From the NCBI GenBank assembly GCA_027483665.1, contig JAIXUC010000020.1, positions 68,719 through 132,718 on the forward strand: a DNA stretch of 64,000 nt, read 5' to 3'. The notes beneath the pieces are model-generated. The model worked only from the letters and a program-made list of their open reading frames with translations, did no database searches and was not told the origin of the DNA. Source of the stretch: Comamonadaceae bacterium. Lineage in GTDB: Bacteria > Pseudomonadota > Gammaproteobacteria > Burkholderiales > Burkholderiaceae_C. The stretch's first letter is position 1. Every line of letters begins with the position of its first letter. Positions 44,220 to 54,014 of this stretch are shown here, in pieces. Both the position numbers and the translations under genes were made by a program.

Positions 44220-44834
44220 CTACCAGTCGATCTCTTTGGTGCTGTCGGCTAAGGGCTCGGCCATGGCAGCGCGGATGGATTCGCGCATCTCTGGGCTCAT
44301 CTCGTCGCCCCCAGCGGACCCCATCACCCGGCGCATGACCATAGCCACGGCAGCGCCGCTGAAACCCCGTGCAGCCAGAAAGCGCATGTGGCGGGCCTGC
44401 TCTGAAGCGGTGGCCGGGGCTTGCCCGAAGCGGCGCTGCCAGACGGCCATGGCGCGGTCAGCTTCGGTGCTGTTGAGTGAAGCGCGGGCCTGGGCGATGG
44501 CGTCAGCGTCCAGCCCTTTGCGCTGCAACTCTTGCAGCACCCGGGCGGTACCCAGGCGCGGTGCCCGGCGGTGGATGACCGACTCCAGCACGCGCTGCTC
44601 GTTGATGAAACCTTTGGCCTGAAGTTCATCGAGCACCCGTTGCAACTCACCGGGCTCGGCCTCGTGCGGCTGCAGCTTGGCTGCCAGCTCCAAGCGCGAG
44701 TGCTCGCGCGCTGCCAGCAGGCGCAGCGCGCGCGATTTCAACGAGGGGGGTCGGGCCGCTCGATTCGCTCGATTCGCTCGGTTGGCCTGGGCCGCTTCGG
44801 TGGCCTCGGCCGCTGGTGCCGCAGGCTCGTCCAT
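44220..44834 (-). CDS. recX: RecA regulator RecX
   Basis: SLKSRALRLLAAREHSRLELAAKL...VLDELQAKGFINEQRV..., 10 nt downstream of recA. The ATG at 44834 is used; the track start at 45005 lies inside recA. Confidence 0.88.
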   Translation of the reverse strand: MDEPAAPAAEATEAAQANRANRANRAARPPSLKSRALRLLAAREHSRLELAAKLQPHEAEPGELQRVLDELQAKGFINEQRVLESVIHRRAPRLGTARVLQELQRKGLDADAIAQARASLNSTEADRAMAVWQRRFGQAPATASEQARHMRFLAARGFSGAAVAMVMRRVMGSAGGDEMSPEMRESIRAAMAEPLADSTKEIDW

Positions 44835-44844
44835 TCGCGCCGGC

Positions 44845-45888
44845 TCAGGCAGCAGCCACCACGTCGGCTGGCAGCAGCGGGATGCCCAGGGAGTCGCGCA
44901 CTTTGTTTTCGATCTCACGCGACAGCTCGGGGTTTTCGCGCAGAAATTCACGTGCGTTGTCGCGGCCTTGGCCGATCTTTTCACCGTTGTAGGCGTACCA
45001 GGCACCCGATTTTTCCAGGATGCGGGCGTTCACACCCATGTCGATCACCTCGCCTTCGCGGCTGATACCTTCGCCAAAAAGAATGTCGAACTCTGCGGTT
45101 TTGAACGGCGGCGCGACCTTGTTCTTGACCACCTTCACCTTGGTCTCGTTGCCAACGGCTTCTTCGCCCCTTTTGATGGTGCCGGTGCGGCGGATGTCCA
45201 GACGCACCGAGGCGTAGAACTTCAGCGCATTGCCACCCGTGGTGGTCTCGGGGCTGCCGAACATGACGCCGATCTTCATGCGAATCTGGTTGATGAAGAT
45301 GACCATGCAGTTGGTCTTTTTGATGGTGGCCGTGAGCTTGCGCAGCGCCTGGCTCATGAGACGCGCTTGGAGGCCGGGCAGGCTGTCGCCCATTTCGCCT
45401 TCGATTTCCGCCTTGGGCGTGAGCGCGGCCACCGAGTCCACCACCACCAGATCGACCGCGCCAGAACGTACCAAGCTGTCGACAATTTCCAGCGCTTGCT
45501 CGCCGGTGTCGGGCTGGCTGATGAGCAGGTCTTGCAGGTTGACGCCCAGCTTCTGCGCGTATTGCACGTCCAGCGCGTGTTCTGCGTCCACAAAGGCGCA
45601 GGTGCCGCCTTGGCGCTGCATTTCCGAGATGACCTGCAAGGTCAGCGTGGTCTTGCCAGAAGATTCCGGGCCGTAGATTTCAATGACGCGCCCGCGGGGC
45701 AAACCACCCACGCCCAAGGCGATGTCCAGACCCAGCGAGCCGGTGGAGACGACCTGGATGTCTTCGATCACCTCGCCTTCGCCTAGCCGCATGATGGTGC
45801 CTTTGCCGAACTGCTTCTCGATTTGCGCCAGCGCGGCTTGCAGGGCTTTGGCTTTTTCGGCGTTGGCGCCTTTGACGGGTGCGTCCAT
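44845..45888 (-). CDS. recA: Recombinase A
   Basis: [15 protein letters not shown]...[19 protein letters not shown]...[37 protein letters not shown]. Confidence 0.99.
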   Translation of the reverse strand: MDAPVKGANAEKAKALQAALAQIEKQFGKGTIMRLGEGEVIEDIQVVSTGSLGLDIALGVGGLPRGRVIEIYGPESSGKTTLTLQVISEMQRQGGTCAFVDAEHALDVQYAQKLGVNLQDLLISQPDTGEQALEIVDSLVRSGAVDLVVVDSVAALTPKAEIEGEMGDSLPGLQARLMSQALRKLTATIKKTNCMVIFINQIRMKIGVMFGSPETTTGGNALKFYASVRLDIRRTGTIKRGEEAVGNETKVKVVKNKVAPPFKTAEFDILFGEGISREGEVIDMGVNARILEKSGAWYAYNGEKIGQGRDNAREFLRENPELSREIENKVRDSLGIPLLPADVVAAA

Positions 45889-45947
45889 GATTTGTCCTTG
45901 TGAATCAACAGGTTAGGTTAATCCGGCTGTGTGTTTACATTCACAGG

Positions 45948-45963
45948 CTGGATACGTGAACAG
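45948..45963. promoter_or_regulatory. Candidate LexA (SOS) box upstream of recA
   Basis: The minus strand reads CTGTTCACGTATCCAG, i.e. CTGT-N8-CCAG against the beta/gamma-proteobacterial CTGT-N8-ACAG (one mismatch). About 60 nt upstream of the recA ATG. Confidence 0.4.
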
Positions 45964-46106
45964 TAGTCTATGGCCTTTGCTGAAACGCGACAACACTTAT
46001 TTTGGTCAGTTTGCCTGACTGTTTGACGTATGCTCACGGCGCTTTTGCACAACCGCGCACAGGCCCATAAACAAGCCTATGCACAAGCCTGTGCACAAGG
46101 CCTCAC

Positions 46107-46613
46107 ATGAGCCCCCAGCCACCACCTCCGCCCAACCCGAGCCACGCCGAAGAACCCGACGCGTTGTGGCGCAGCACGCACTTGGGCCGCCACCTCGAAC
46201 GCGCACTGGCCAGGTTTGACGCCCAAGTGCGCCGCCACATGGCCAGCCAGCCGGAACTGCCTTTGGCTTTGTCCAACTTGGCAGCGGGCCACCACATCAC
46301 CGCTGCGCACCTGCACATCACACGTCACTTACCGCTGGAAGGCGCACGGCTGGTGGACTTGGCCCAGTTGGCGGGCATGAGCAAACAGGCCATGGGCGAC
46401 TTGGTCAACCAGTGCGAAGCCTGGGGCCTGGTGCAGCGCCAGCCCGACCGGCTGGACGCTCGGGCACGGCGCATCGTTTTCACGGCCGACGGCCTGCTGT
46501 GGTTGCAGGCGCACCGCTCGGGCGTGGCGCAGGCAGAAGCCGAGTTTCGGCAATCCGTGGGCGACGAGGTAGCGACTGTGGTGGCGCTCGGCCTGGAGGC
46601 TTACACGGGTTAA
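46107..46613 (+). CDS. MarR-family transcriptional regulator
   Basis: ITAAHLHITRHLPLEGARLVDLAQLAGMSKQAMGDLVNQCEAWGLVQRQPDRLDARARRIVFTADG is a winged-helix MarR core. Confidence 0.8.
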   Translation: MSPQPPPPPNPSHAEEPDALWRSTHLGRHLERALARFDAQVRRHMASQPELPLALSNLAAGHHITAAHLHITRHLPLEGARLVDLAQLAGMSKQAMGDLVNQCEAWGLVQRQPDRLDARARRIVFTADGLLWLQAHRSGVAQAEAEFRQSVGDEVATVVALGLEAYTG

Positions 46614-46665
46614 CGCGCAAAGGCCGCCAGCGCACAATTCAAAGCCCCGAGGAGACCACACCACC

Positions 46666-47340
46666 ATGCGCATCCTGATTGCAGAAGACGACCAGGTCTT
46701 GGCCGATGGCTTGCTGCGCACCCTGCGCGCCTCGGGTGCCGCTGTGGACCACGTGGCCACCGGGGGCGAAGCCGACGCTGCGCTCATGACCAACAACGAG
46801 TTCGACCTGCTCATCCTCGACCTGGGCCTGCCGCGCCTGCACGGCTTGGAGGTGCTGCGGCGTCTGCGCAGCCGTGGCTCGGCGCTGCCGGTGCTCATCC
46901 TGACCGCGGCAGACAGCGTCGAAGAGCGCGTGCGCGGCCTGGATGTGGGCGCAGACGACTACATGGCCAAACCCTTTTCGCTGCAAGAGCTCGAAGCCCG
47001 CGTGCGCGCCCTGGCCCGGCGCGGCATGGGTGGTGCCAGCCCCACCATTCGCCACGGCCCGCTGGTCTACGACCAAGCCGGCCGGGTCGCCACCATCGAC
47101 GGCAAGATGGTGGAGCTCTCGGCTCGCGAACTGGGCTTGCTCGAAGTGCTGCTGCAGCGCACCGGGCGCTTGGTGAGCAAAGACCAGTTGGTCGAGCGCC
47201 TGTGCGAGTGGGGCGAAGAGGTGAGCAACAACGCCATCGAGGTCTACATCCACCGCTTGCGCAAGAAGATCGAGCGTGGCCCGATTCGCATCGCCACCGT
47301 GCGCGGCCTGGGCTACTGCATGGAAAAGATCCAGGGCTGA
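46666..47340 (+). CDS. OmpR/PhoB-family response regulator (QseB/TctD-like)
   Basis: MRILIAEDDQVLADGL...DLLILDLGLPRLHGLEVL...ADDYMAKPF receiver domain, plus the LSARELGLLEVLL...VYIHRLRKKI...IATVRGLGY winged helix. Confidence 0.93.
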   Translation: MRILIAEDDQVLADGLLRTLRASGAAVDHVATGGEADAALMTNNEFDLLILDLGLPRLHGLEVLRRLRSRGSALPVLILTAADSVEERVRGLDVGADDYMAKPFSLQELEARVRALARRGMGGASPTIRHGPLVYDQAGRVATIDGKMVELSARELGLLEVLLQRTGRLVSKDQLVERLCEWGEEVSNNAIEVYIHRLRKKIERGPIRIATVRGLGYCMEKIQG

Positions 47341-47371
47341 GGGCTGGGTCGCCCGCACTTCATTACCAGCT

Positions 47372-48823
47372 GTGCTGTTCAGAATCTTCCAGCGCGAACA
47401 GCGCTCGCTGTTTGGGGAAATCCTCGACTGGATGCTCACGCCGCTGCTGCTGATCTGGCCCGTGAGCCTGATGCTCACCTGGATCGTGGCGCAAGGCATT
47501 GCCGACCGGCCCTTCGACCGCGCGCTCGAGTACAACGCCCGCGCTTTGGCACAGCTGGTGGTGGTGAAAGGCCCTGTGGTGCAGTTCAACCTGCCACAAC
47601 CGGCTCGGGAAATCTTGCGCGCCGACGACTCCGACCTGGTTTACTTTCAAGTGCTCGGCGCGCGCGGCGAGGTGATCGCTGGCGAGCGCGACATGCCGCT
47701 GCCCGACGCGCAGGAAACGCCAGACCCCGGCGGCGGCGTTCGCATGCGCGATGCCAACATGCGCGGCACCGACGTTCGCATCGCCTATCTGTGGGTTCCT
47801 CTGCGCTTGCCCGACGCGCAACCCGCTTTGGTGCAGGTGGCAGAAACGCGCGAGAAGCGCTCGGTGCTGGCCACAGAGATCATCAAAGGGCTGATGCTGC
47901 CGCAGTTCATCATGCTGCCCTTGGCCGTCATCTTGGTGTGGCTGGCCTTGGCGCGCGGCATCAAACCCCTGCAAGAGCTGGAAGACCGCATCCGCGCGCG
48001 CCGCGCCGACGACCTGAGCCCGCTCGACGAAAAGACAGTGCCCTTGGAGGTGGCGCCGCTGGTGTCTTCCGTCAACGATCTGCTGGGCCGACTGACCGAC
48101 TCCATCGCGGCACAAAAGCGCTTTTTGGCTGACGCTGCACACCAGCTCAAAACGCCACTGGCTGGCCTGCGCATGCAGGCCGACCTGGCGCTGCGCGAGG
48201 GTGCTGATGCGCAAGAGCTCAAGCGGTCTCTGGTGCAGATTGGTCGCTCCAGCGTGCGCGCCACGCACACCGTGAACCAATTGCTGGCGCTGGCACAGGC
48301 CGAGGCTGGCAACAACGTGCGCGCGCAAGTGCCGTGCGACATCGCGGCCATCACCATCGAGGCTGTGCGCGAGAGCGTTTCGCGCGCCATGGACCGCCGC
48401 CTCGACCTGGGCTACGAAGGCGCGCAGCCCGGCGCAGAACGGGGCGTGCTCATGGGCAATCCCACCTTGCTGAGGGAATTGGTGCGCAACCTGCTCGACA
48501 ACGCCATCAACTACACCCCCACCGAGCCCGGGCCGGGCGTCATCACTGCGCGGGTTTTGGTGGACCCTTTTGGCGCGGTGATCGTGCTGCAAGTCGAAGA
48601 CACCGGCCCTGGCATCGCAGCCGCCGAGCGCGAGGCGGTGTTTCAGCCTTTCTACCGGGTGCTGGGCTCTGATGCCGATGGCTCGGGCCTGGGCCTGTCC
48701 ATCGTGCGCGAAATCGCCGTCCTGCACCAAGGCAGCGCCACTCTGGAAGACGCCCGCCCCGGTCAAAACCCGCCCGGCACCTTGGTCACGGTGCGATTCG
48801 CCGTGGGACCGGCAGCAACCTAA
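47372..48823 (+). CDS. Sensor histidine kinase (2CSK_N/TctE-QseC-like)
   Basis: Two TM segments flank a periplasmic domain. H-box FLADAAHQLKTPLAGL, N-box LLDNAINYTP, G-boxes EDTGPGI and GSGLGLSIV. GTG 47372 is chosen to avoid overlapping the regulator gene. Confidence 0.88.
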   Translation: MLFRIFQREQRSLFGEILDWMLTPLLLIWPVSLMLTWIVAQGIADRPFDRALEYNARALAQLVVVKGPVVQFNLPQPAREILRADDSDLVYFQVLGARGEVIAGERDMPLPDAQETPDPGGGVRMRDANMRGTDVRIAYLWVPLRLPDAQPALVQVAETREKRSVLATEIIKGLMLPQFIMLPLAVILVWLALARGIKPLQELEDRIRARRADDLSPLDEKTVPLEVAPLVSSVNDLLGRLTDSIAAQKRFLADAAHQLKTPLAGLRMQADLALREGADAQELKRSLVQIGRSSVRATHTVNQLLALAQAEAGNNVRAQVPCDIAAITIEAVRESVSRAMDRRLDLGYEGAQPGAERGVLMGNPTLLRELVRNLLDNAINYTPTEPGPGVITARVLVDPFGAVIVLQVEDTGPGIAAAEREAVFQPFYRVLGSDADGSGLGLSIVREIAVLHQGSATLEDARPGQNPPGTLVTVRFAVGPAAT

Positions 48824-48865
48824 GGCTCTGCCGTCGCGCTGTTGCGCTGTTGCGCTTCTATCGAT

Positions 48866-49525
48866 TCAACAGGGCTGCAAGGCCCGCCCGGCCAGCTCGG
48901 GCAGGGCCGTGAGCGAGGCCCGAGTCGCTTCGTCCACACTGGGCAGGCGCAGCACGCTGCCTTCGAACTCTTCGCTTTCCTGCACCACCGTGGCCGAGCG
49001 GATGCCGCGCGGGGCCATGCCGGCCAGTGCTGTTCGGGCCTCGGCTTCTGTGACGTAATGGCCCAGGGACAAACCCAGCTGCAAATCGGCTTTACGCAGC
49101 TCTTCAAACGGCACGCCCAGCTCGCGCAGCTCGGTCTTTTTGCGCTCCAGCAACACCGAGGTGCTGTACTTGCCCATGTAGATGATCCAGCGCGCAGGCT
49201 CTTGGGTGATATCCAGCGACCAAGCCAAGTTGGGATAGCCGCGCTCCAGTGCCGCGCGCACGGCGCTGGCCTGGGATTCACCCAGCAAAGGCGACTGCAG
49301 GCAGACGCGCTGGCGCGACGCATCTTGTGCCTCGCGCTCGGCACGCTCTGCCAAGGCCAGCTCGGGCGCAGTCAATACGCGCACCGCTTGGGGGTTGCGT
49401 TGCTCAGCCAAACGGTAGGGCTCGGCTTGCAAGACCGCAGAAGAGCTCCAAGGCCCTAGCCAGCCCTGGCTCCAGGCTGCAAAAGCCAAATTCGCCAGCA
49501 ACAGCACCAAGGCCCATGTGCGCAT
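48866..49525 (-). CDS. Membrane-anchored protein with C-terminal SPOR-like domain
   Basis: N-terminal TM (TWALVLLLANLAFAAW) and a C-terminal beta-alpha-beta-beta repeat region (WIIYMGKYSTSVLLERKKTELRELGV...LSLGHYVTEAEARTAL). Position after birA is typical. Confidence 0.55.
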   Translation of the reverse strand: MRTWALVLLLANLAFAAWSQGWLGPWSSSAVLQAEPYRLAEQRNPQAVRVLTAPELALAERAEREAQDASRQRVCLQSPLLGESQASAVRAALERGYPNLAWSLDITQEPARWIIYMGKYSTSVLLERKKTELRELGVPFEELRKADLQLGLSLGHYVTEAEARTALAGMAPRGIRSATVVQESEEFEGSVLRLPSVDEATRASLTALPELAGRALQPC

Positions 49526-49526
49526 A

Positions 49527-50366
49527 TCAGGCCACCTCATGGCCAGAAGAGGCTGCTGCAGCCGGCGCCGCCTGCAGCGGCCGCACGCTGACCTCGCTGC
49601 TGACCACCCGCTTCAGGCCACCCGCAACCTGCACGCACAACGCACCCTGTTCATCCACGCCCTGGGCTTGACCTTGCCAGTCACCCTCGTGTGCCACACC
49701 AGGTTGCGCCACGACTTCGACGCGTTGTCCACGCAGGGCGTCACGCGCTGCAAAGCGGGCCTGGAAAGGTGCAAAGCCCAAGCCCTCAAAAGCCTTCACA
49801 CTCCGCAGCAAAGGCAGCACCAGCAAAGCCAGCGCGTCTGGAGCACTCAAGCCCATGGCCGCCTCCGCCAAGCCCACCGGCGCTACCGTCGCGCCTTGAA
49901 CCTGGGGCGTGCGGATATTCAAGCCGACGCCAATCACCACGTGTCTTTGCTCGCCCAGATGCACCGTCTCGATCAAGATGCCGCCCAGCTTGCGCCCGCA
50001 CCACCACAGGTCGTTGGGCCACTTCAGCTGCACCGGCGGCTGGGTGGGCAGCGCCTCGGCCAGGGCCACGCCCACCGCCAGCGACAAACCCAGCCAGTCT
50101 TTGGGGGCCAAGGGCAGGCCCAGCGAGAAGCTCAGGCTTTGGCCTGGCGGCAGAGCCTGCCAGTCACGCCCGCGGCGCCCGCGCCCGGCGCTTTGGTGCT
50201 CTGCGACCAGCAAGGTGGGCTCGGTGCGGCCAGTTCTGGCACGGCGCAGCAGTTCACTGTTGGTGGAGTCCAGCGTGGGCAGCACCTCGACGTTGAAAGC
50301 GGGTAGCAAAGCGCTGGCTTTCTCCCAGATCGCCTCAGCGGGCCAGTTGAGCGCCAGGCCAGCCAT
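49527..50366 (-). CDS. birA: Biotin-[acetyl-CoA-carboxylase] ligase (no N-terminal HTH)
   Basis: LDSTNSELLRRA...VAEHQSAGRGRRGRDW...LKWPNDLWWCGRKLGGILIE. Start taken at ATG 50366. Confidence 0.88.
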   Translation of the reverse strand: MAGLALNWPAEAIWEKASALLPAFNVEVLPTLDSTNSELLRRARTGRTEPTLLVAEHQSAGRGRRGRDWQALPPGQSLSFSLGLPLAPKDWLGLSLAVGVALAEALPTQPPVQLKWPNDLWWCGRKLGGILIETVHLGEQRHVVIGVGLNIRTPQVQGATVAPVGLAEAAMGLSAPDALALLVLPLLRSVKAFEGLGFAPFQARFAARDALRGQRVEVVAQPGVAHEGDWQGQAQGVDEQGALCVQVAGGLKRVVSSEVSVRPLQAAPAAAASSGHEVA

Positions 50367-50370
50367 GGGC

Positions 50371-50868
50371 TCAGCGCCGCTTGGGGACCAGCAGCGTGCC
50401 CCGGCAGCTGGGCGCACCACACCAGCAGGGGTACTGGGCCTTCAGCTTAGGGGTGTAGCGCTCGTCGATGGTCAGGCCGTAGTCGTAATTCAGCTCTTCG
50501 CCGGCGGCGATGTTGCGCAAGGCCTTGACGAAGACCCGGCCGTCTTCTTCGTCAGCTTCGCAGTTGGGCTCGCAGGCGTGGTTGATCCAGCGCGAAGCGT
50601 TGCCGCCATGCTTGGCATCGATCACCCGGCCGTCTTCGATGGAGAAATAGAACGTGTGGTTGGGGTCCTTGGGGTCGTGCGGGTGACGACGCAAGGCTTC
50701 TTTCCAGGAAATGCGCTCGCCGGTGTATTCGACGAGCGTTTCACCTTCAGCAATATCGGTCAACGCAAAGACGCCCTTGCCATGAACCCCGGAACGTCTG
50801 ACCTGAATGCGCCTGCCAGAGCCTGCCGGACGCTGGGTGGCGAGGGGCGCGACTGGGGTTTTTGACAC
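50371..50868 (-). CDS. SET-domain protein (putative protein-lysine methyltransferase)
   Basis: RRSGVHGKGVFALTDIAEGETLVEYTGERIS..., RWINHACEPNCEA and EELNYDY, with the post-SET motif CWCGAPSCRG. Confidence 0.88.
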   Translation of the reverse strand: MSKTPVAPLATQRPAGSGRRIQVRRSGVHGKGVFALTDIAEGETLVEYTGERISWKEALRRHPHDPKDPNHTFYFSIEDGRVIDAKHGGNASRWINHACEPNCEADEEDGRVFVKALRNIAAGEELNYDYGLTIDERYTPKLKAQYPCWCGAPSCRGTLLVPKRR

Positions 50869-50988
50869 GTCAAAGATTTTTGGTATGTTGAATCAGCGGG
50901 TGTGCGCGTGGGCGCGTGCCCGCATGTGAGCGAGCGTGCGCACCAGCGCGCACGTTGGCGCGCGTACACACGGAGCGGGATTGTAGAT

Positions 50989-53900
50989 ATGAAAACATTG
51001 GTGATTGCAGAGAAGCCGTCGGTGGCGCAGGACATCGTTCGCGCATTGACGCCGGTGGCTGGCAAGTTCGAGCGCTCGGAAGACCATTTCGAAAACGAGC
51101 GTTATGTCGTCACCAGCGCAGTCGGCCACTTGGTGGAAATTCAGGCGCCCGAGGCCTACGACGTCAAGCGCGGCAAGTGGAGTTTTGCGCAACTGCCCGT
51201 CATTCCGCCGCACTTCGACCTCAAGCCCATTGACAAGGCCAAGAGCCGGCTGTCGGCCATCGTCAAGCTGGCCAAACGCAAAGACGTGGACGCGCTCATC
51301 AACGCCTGTGACGCCGGGCGCGAGGGCGAGTTGATCTTTCGCCTGATTCAGCAATACGCCAAGGTGAAACTGCCGGTGCGCCGCTTGTGGCTGCAATCCA
51401 TGACGCCGCAGGCCATCCGCGACGGCTTCGACACCTTGCGCAGCGACGCGCAAATGCTGCCGCTGGCCGACGCCGCCCGCTGCCGCTCGGAGGCCGACTG
51501 GTTGGTGGGCATCAACGGCACCCGCGCCATGACGGCTTTCAACTCCCGCGACGGCGGCTTCTTCCTGACCACCGTGGGCCGCGTGCAAACGCCCACCTTG
51601 TCGGTGGTGGTGGAGCGCGAAGAAAAGATTCGCCAGTTTGTGAGCCGCGACTATTGGGAAGTCCACGCCAGCTTCCTGGCCGAAGCCGGCGAGTACCCGG
51701 CGCGGTGGTTCAACCCCCAACATCAGCGTGACGAGACTGACGCCGAGAAAAAACCTGAACGACTGTGGAGCCAGCGCGAGGCCTTGGCCATTGCCGAGGC
51801 GGTGCGGGGCAAGGCAGCCTCGGTGAGCGAAGAGTCGCGCCCCACCACGCAAGCCAGCCCTTTGTTGTTTGACCTCACCAGCCTGCAGCGCGAAGCCAAC
51901 GGCAGGTTCGGCTTCTCAGCCAAGACCACGCTGTCTTTGGCGCAGAGCCTGTACGAGCGCCACAAGGCCCTCACCTACCCCAGAACCGACTCGCGCTACC
52001 TGCCCGAAGACTATCTGCCCGTGGTGAAACAAACTTTCGAGATGCTCGCCGACGTGCACAGCCATGGCATGCGCCACCTGGCACCGCACGCGCTGACCGG
52101 CCTGAACAGCGGATACATCAAGCCCACGCGGCGCGTTTTTGACAACGCCAAGGTGTCGGACCACTTCGCCATCATCCCCACGCTGCAAGCGCCCAGCGGC
52201 CTGAGCGACGCCGAGCAAAAGCTCTACGACTTGGTGGCTCGCCGCTTCATGGCGGTGTTCTTCCCGTCGGCTGAATACTCGGTGACGACGCGCATCTCTC
52301 AGGTCGTGGGCCACCACTTCAAGACCGAGGGCAAGGTGCTGGTCAAACCCGGCTGGCTGGCCATCTACGGCAAGGAAGCGCAGGAGGAGTTGGGCTCGGA
52401 AGGAAAAGACAGCAGGGAAGGCAAAGAGGGCGAGCGCCAAGGCGTGCTGGTCCCCGTGAAACCCGGCGAGACACCGCGCACTGAAACCGTCGAGCCGCGC
52501 GGCCTGAAAACCCGCCCGCCTGCGCGCTACTCCGAAGCCACGCTGCTGGGTGCCATGGAGGGTGCCGGCAAAACCGTGGAAGACGACGAGCTGCGCGAGG
52601 CCATGCAAGAAAAAGGCTTGGGCACACCGGCCACGCGCTCGGCCATCATCGAAGGGCTGATCGCCGAGAAGTACATGCTGCGCGAAGGCCGCGAGCTGAT
52701 TCCCACGGCCAAGGCCTTTCAGCTCATGACGCTGCTGCGCGGCCTGGGCGTGGAAGAGTTGTCCAAAGCCGAGCTGACCGGCGAGTGGGAATACAAGCTG
52801 GCTCAGATGGAGCAGGGCCAACTCAGCCGCGACAGCTTCATGGCCGACATCGCCGCCATGACCGAGCGCATCGTGCGCAAAGCCAAAGAGTACGACCGCG
52901 ACACCGTGCCGGGCAACTACGCCACGCTGGCCACGCCCTGCCCCAACTGCGGCGGCGTGGTGAAGGAAAACTACCGCCGCTACGCCTGCACCGGCCCTGC
53001 CCGTGCAGCGGGCGATACAGCGGACGGCGCTGCAGAAGGCTGCGGCTTTTCCATTGGCAAGTCGCCCGGTGGGCGCACCTTCGAGTTGCCCGAAGTAGAG
53101 GCTTTTCTGCGCGACAAGCGCATTGGCCCACTGGAGGGGTTTCGCTCCAAAGCCGGCTGGCCCTTCACCGCCGAAATCGCACTCAAGTTCAATGAAGAAG
53201 ACCAGAACTGGAAGCTGGAGTTCGACTTTGGCGACGACGCGCGCGAGGCAGAAAGCGGCGAGATCGTCGAGCTGCAGGGCGAGGCGCTGGGCACCTGCCC
53301 CAAGTGCGGCTCTGGCGTGTTCGAGCACGGCAGCAACTACCTGTGCGAGAAGTCGGTGCCAACCACCGCGCAGCCCACGCCCAGCTGTGACTTCAAGACC
53401 GGCAAGATCATCCTGCAGCAGCCGATCGACACCGAGCAACTCGCCAAACTGCTGACCACGGGCAAGACAGATCTGCTGGAGAAGTTCATCTCCAACAAAA
53501 CGCGCCGCGCCTTCAAGGCCTATCTGACGTGGAGCGCAGAAGAAGGCAAGGTCGTGTTCGGCTTTGAGCCGCGCACGTCCAAGTTTCCACCGCGCAAAAC
53601 CGCAGGTGCCGGGCGCACCGCTGCCGCACCAGCTGCGAAAAAGGCCGTTGGCAAAGCAGCCAGCCCAGTGGCGGCCAAGGCCAAGAAAGGGGCAGCGCCT
53701 GTGAAAGCTACTGCAAAAGCGGCTGGCGAGGCCCCCGGCAAGACCGCCGTCAAATCTGCCAAGCCAGCTTCCAAAGCAGCAGCCAGCCTGAAGCCCAGCG
53801 CCGCCTTGGCGGCGGTGATCGGGCCAGAAGCCACCTCGCGCACCGAAGTGATGAAAAAGCTGTGGGACTACATCAAGGCCAAGGGCCTGCAAGACCCCAA

Positions 53901-54009
53901 GGACAAGCGCACCATCCTGGCCGACGCTCCGCTCAAGGCGGTGTTCGGTAAAGACAGCGCGGGCATGTTCGAGCTGGCCGGCATCATGGGCCGGCACTTG
54001 CAGGGCTGA
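50989..54009 (+). CDS. topB: DNA topoisomerase III with Zn-ribbon region, Lys/Ala-rich H1-like linker and C-terminal SWIB/MDM2 domain
   Basis: Toprim domain [16 protein letters not shown]...[11 protein letters not shown]; type IA core [12 protein letters not shown]...[10 protein letters not shown]...[11 protein letters not shown]. Cys clusters (CPNCGG, CPKCGS). KA-rich segment 53590-53784. SWIB-like [48 protein letters not shown] (53785-54006). Confidence 0.9.
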   Translation: MKTLVIAEKPSVAQDIVRALTPVAGKFERSEDHFENERYVVTSAVGHLVEIQAPEAYDVKRGKWSFAQLPVIPPHFDLKPIDKAKSRLSAIVKLAKRKDVDALINACDAGREGELIFRLIQQYAKVKLPVRRLWLQSMTPQAIRDGFDTLRSDAQMLPLADAARCRSEADWLVGINGTRAMTAFNSRDGGFFLTTVGRVQTPTLSVVVEREEKIRQFVSRDYWEVHASFLAEAGEYPARWFNPQHQRDETDAEKKPERLWSQREALAIAEAVRGKAASVSEESRPTTQASPLLFDLTSLQREANGRFGFSAKTTLSLAQSLYERHKALTYPRTDSRYLPEDYLPVVKQTFEMLADVHSHGMRHLAPHALTGLNSGYIKPTRRVFDNAKVSDHFAIIPTLQAPSGLSDAEQKLYDLVARRFMAVFFPSAEYSVTTRISQVVGHHFKTEGKVLVKPGWLAIYGKEAQEELGSEGKDSREGKEGERQGVLVPVKPGETPRTETVEPRGLKTRPPARYSEATLLGAMEGAGKTVEDDELREAMQEKGLGTPATRSAIIEGLIAEKYMLREGRELIPTAKAFQLMTLLRGLGVEELSKAELTGEWEYKLAQMEQGQLSRDSFMADIAAMTERIVRKAKEYDRDTVPGNYATLATPCPNCGGVVKENYRRYACTGPARAAGDTADGAAEGCGFSIGKSPGGRTFELPEVEAFLRDKRIGPLEGFRSKAGWPFTAEIALKFNEEDQNWKLEFDFGDDAREAESGEIVELQGEALGTCPKCGSGVFEHGSNYLCEKSVPTTAQPTPSCDFKTGKIILQQPIDTEQLAKLLTTGKTDLLEKFISNKTRRAFKAYLTWSAEEGKVVFGFEPRTSKFPPRKTAGAGRTAAAPAAKKAVGKAASPVAAKAKKGAAPVKATAKAAGEAPGKTAVKSAKPASKAAASLKPSAALAAVIGPEATSRTEVMKKLWDYIKAKGLQDPKDKRTILADAPLKAVFGKDSAGMFELAGIMGRHLQG

Positions 54010-54014
54010 CTGGC

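Noticed and set aside
46006-46328. Small minus-strand ORFs (66-83 aa) overlapping the marR 5' region
   Set aside because: They overlap each other and the MarR gene, with no RBS or motifs. The region is better read as promoter/operator plus the marR N-terminus.
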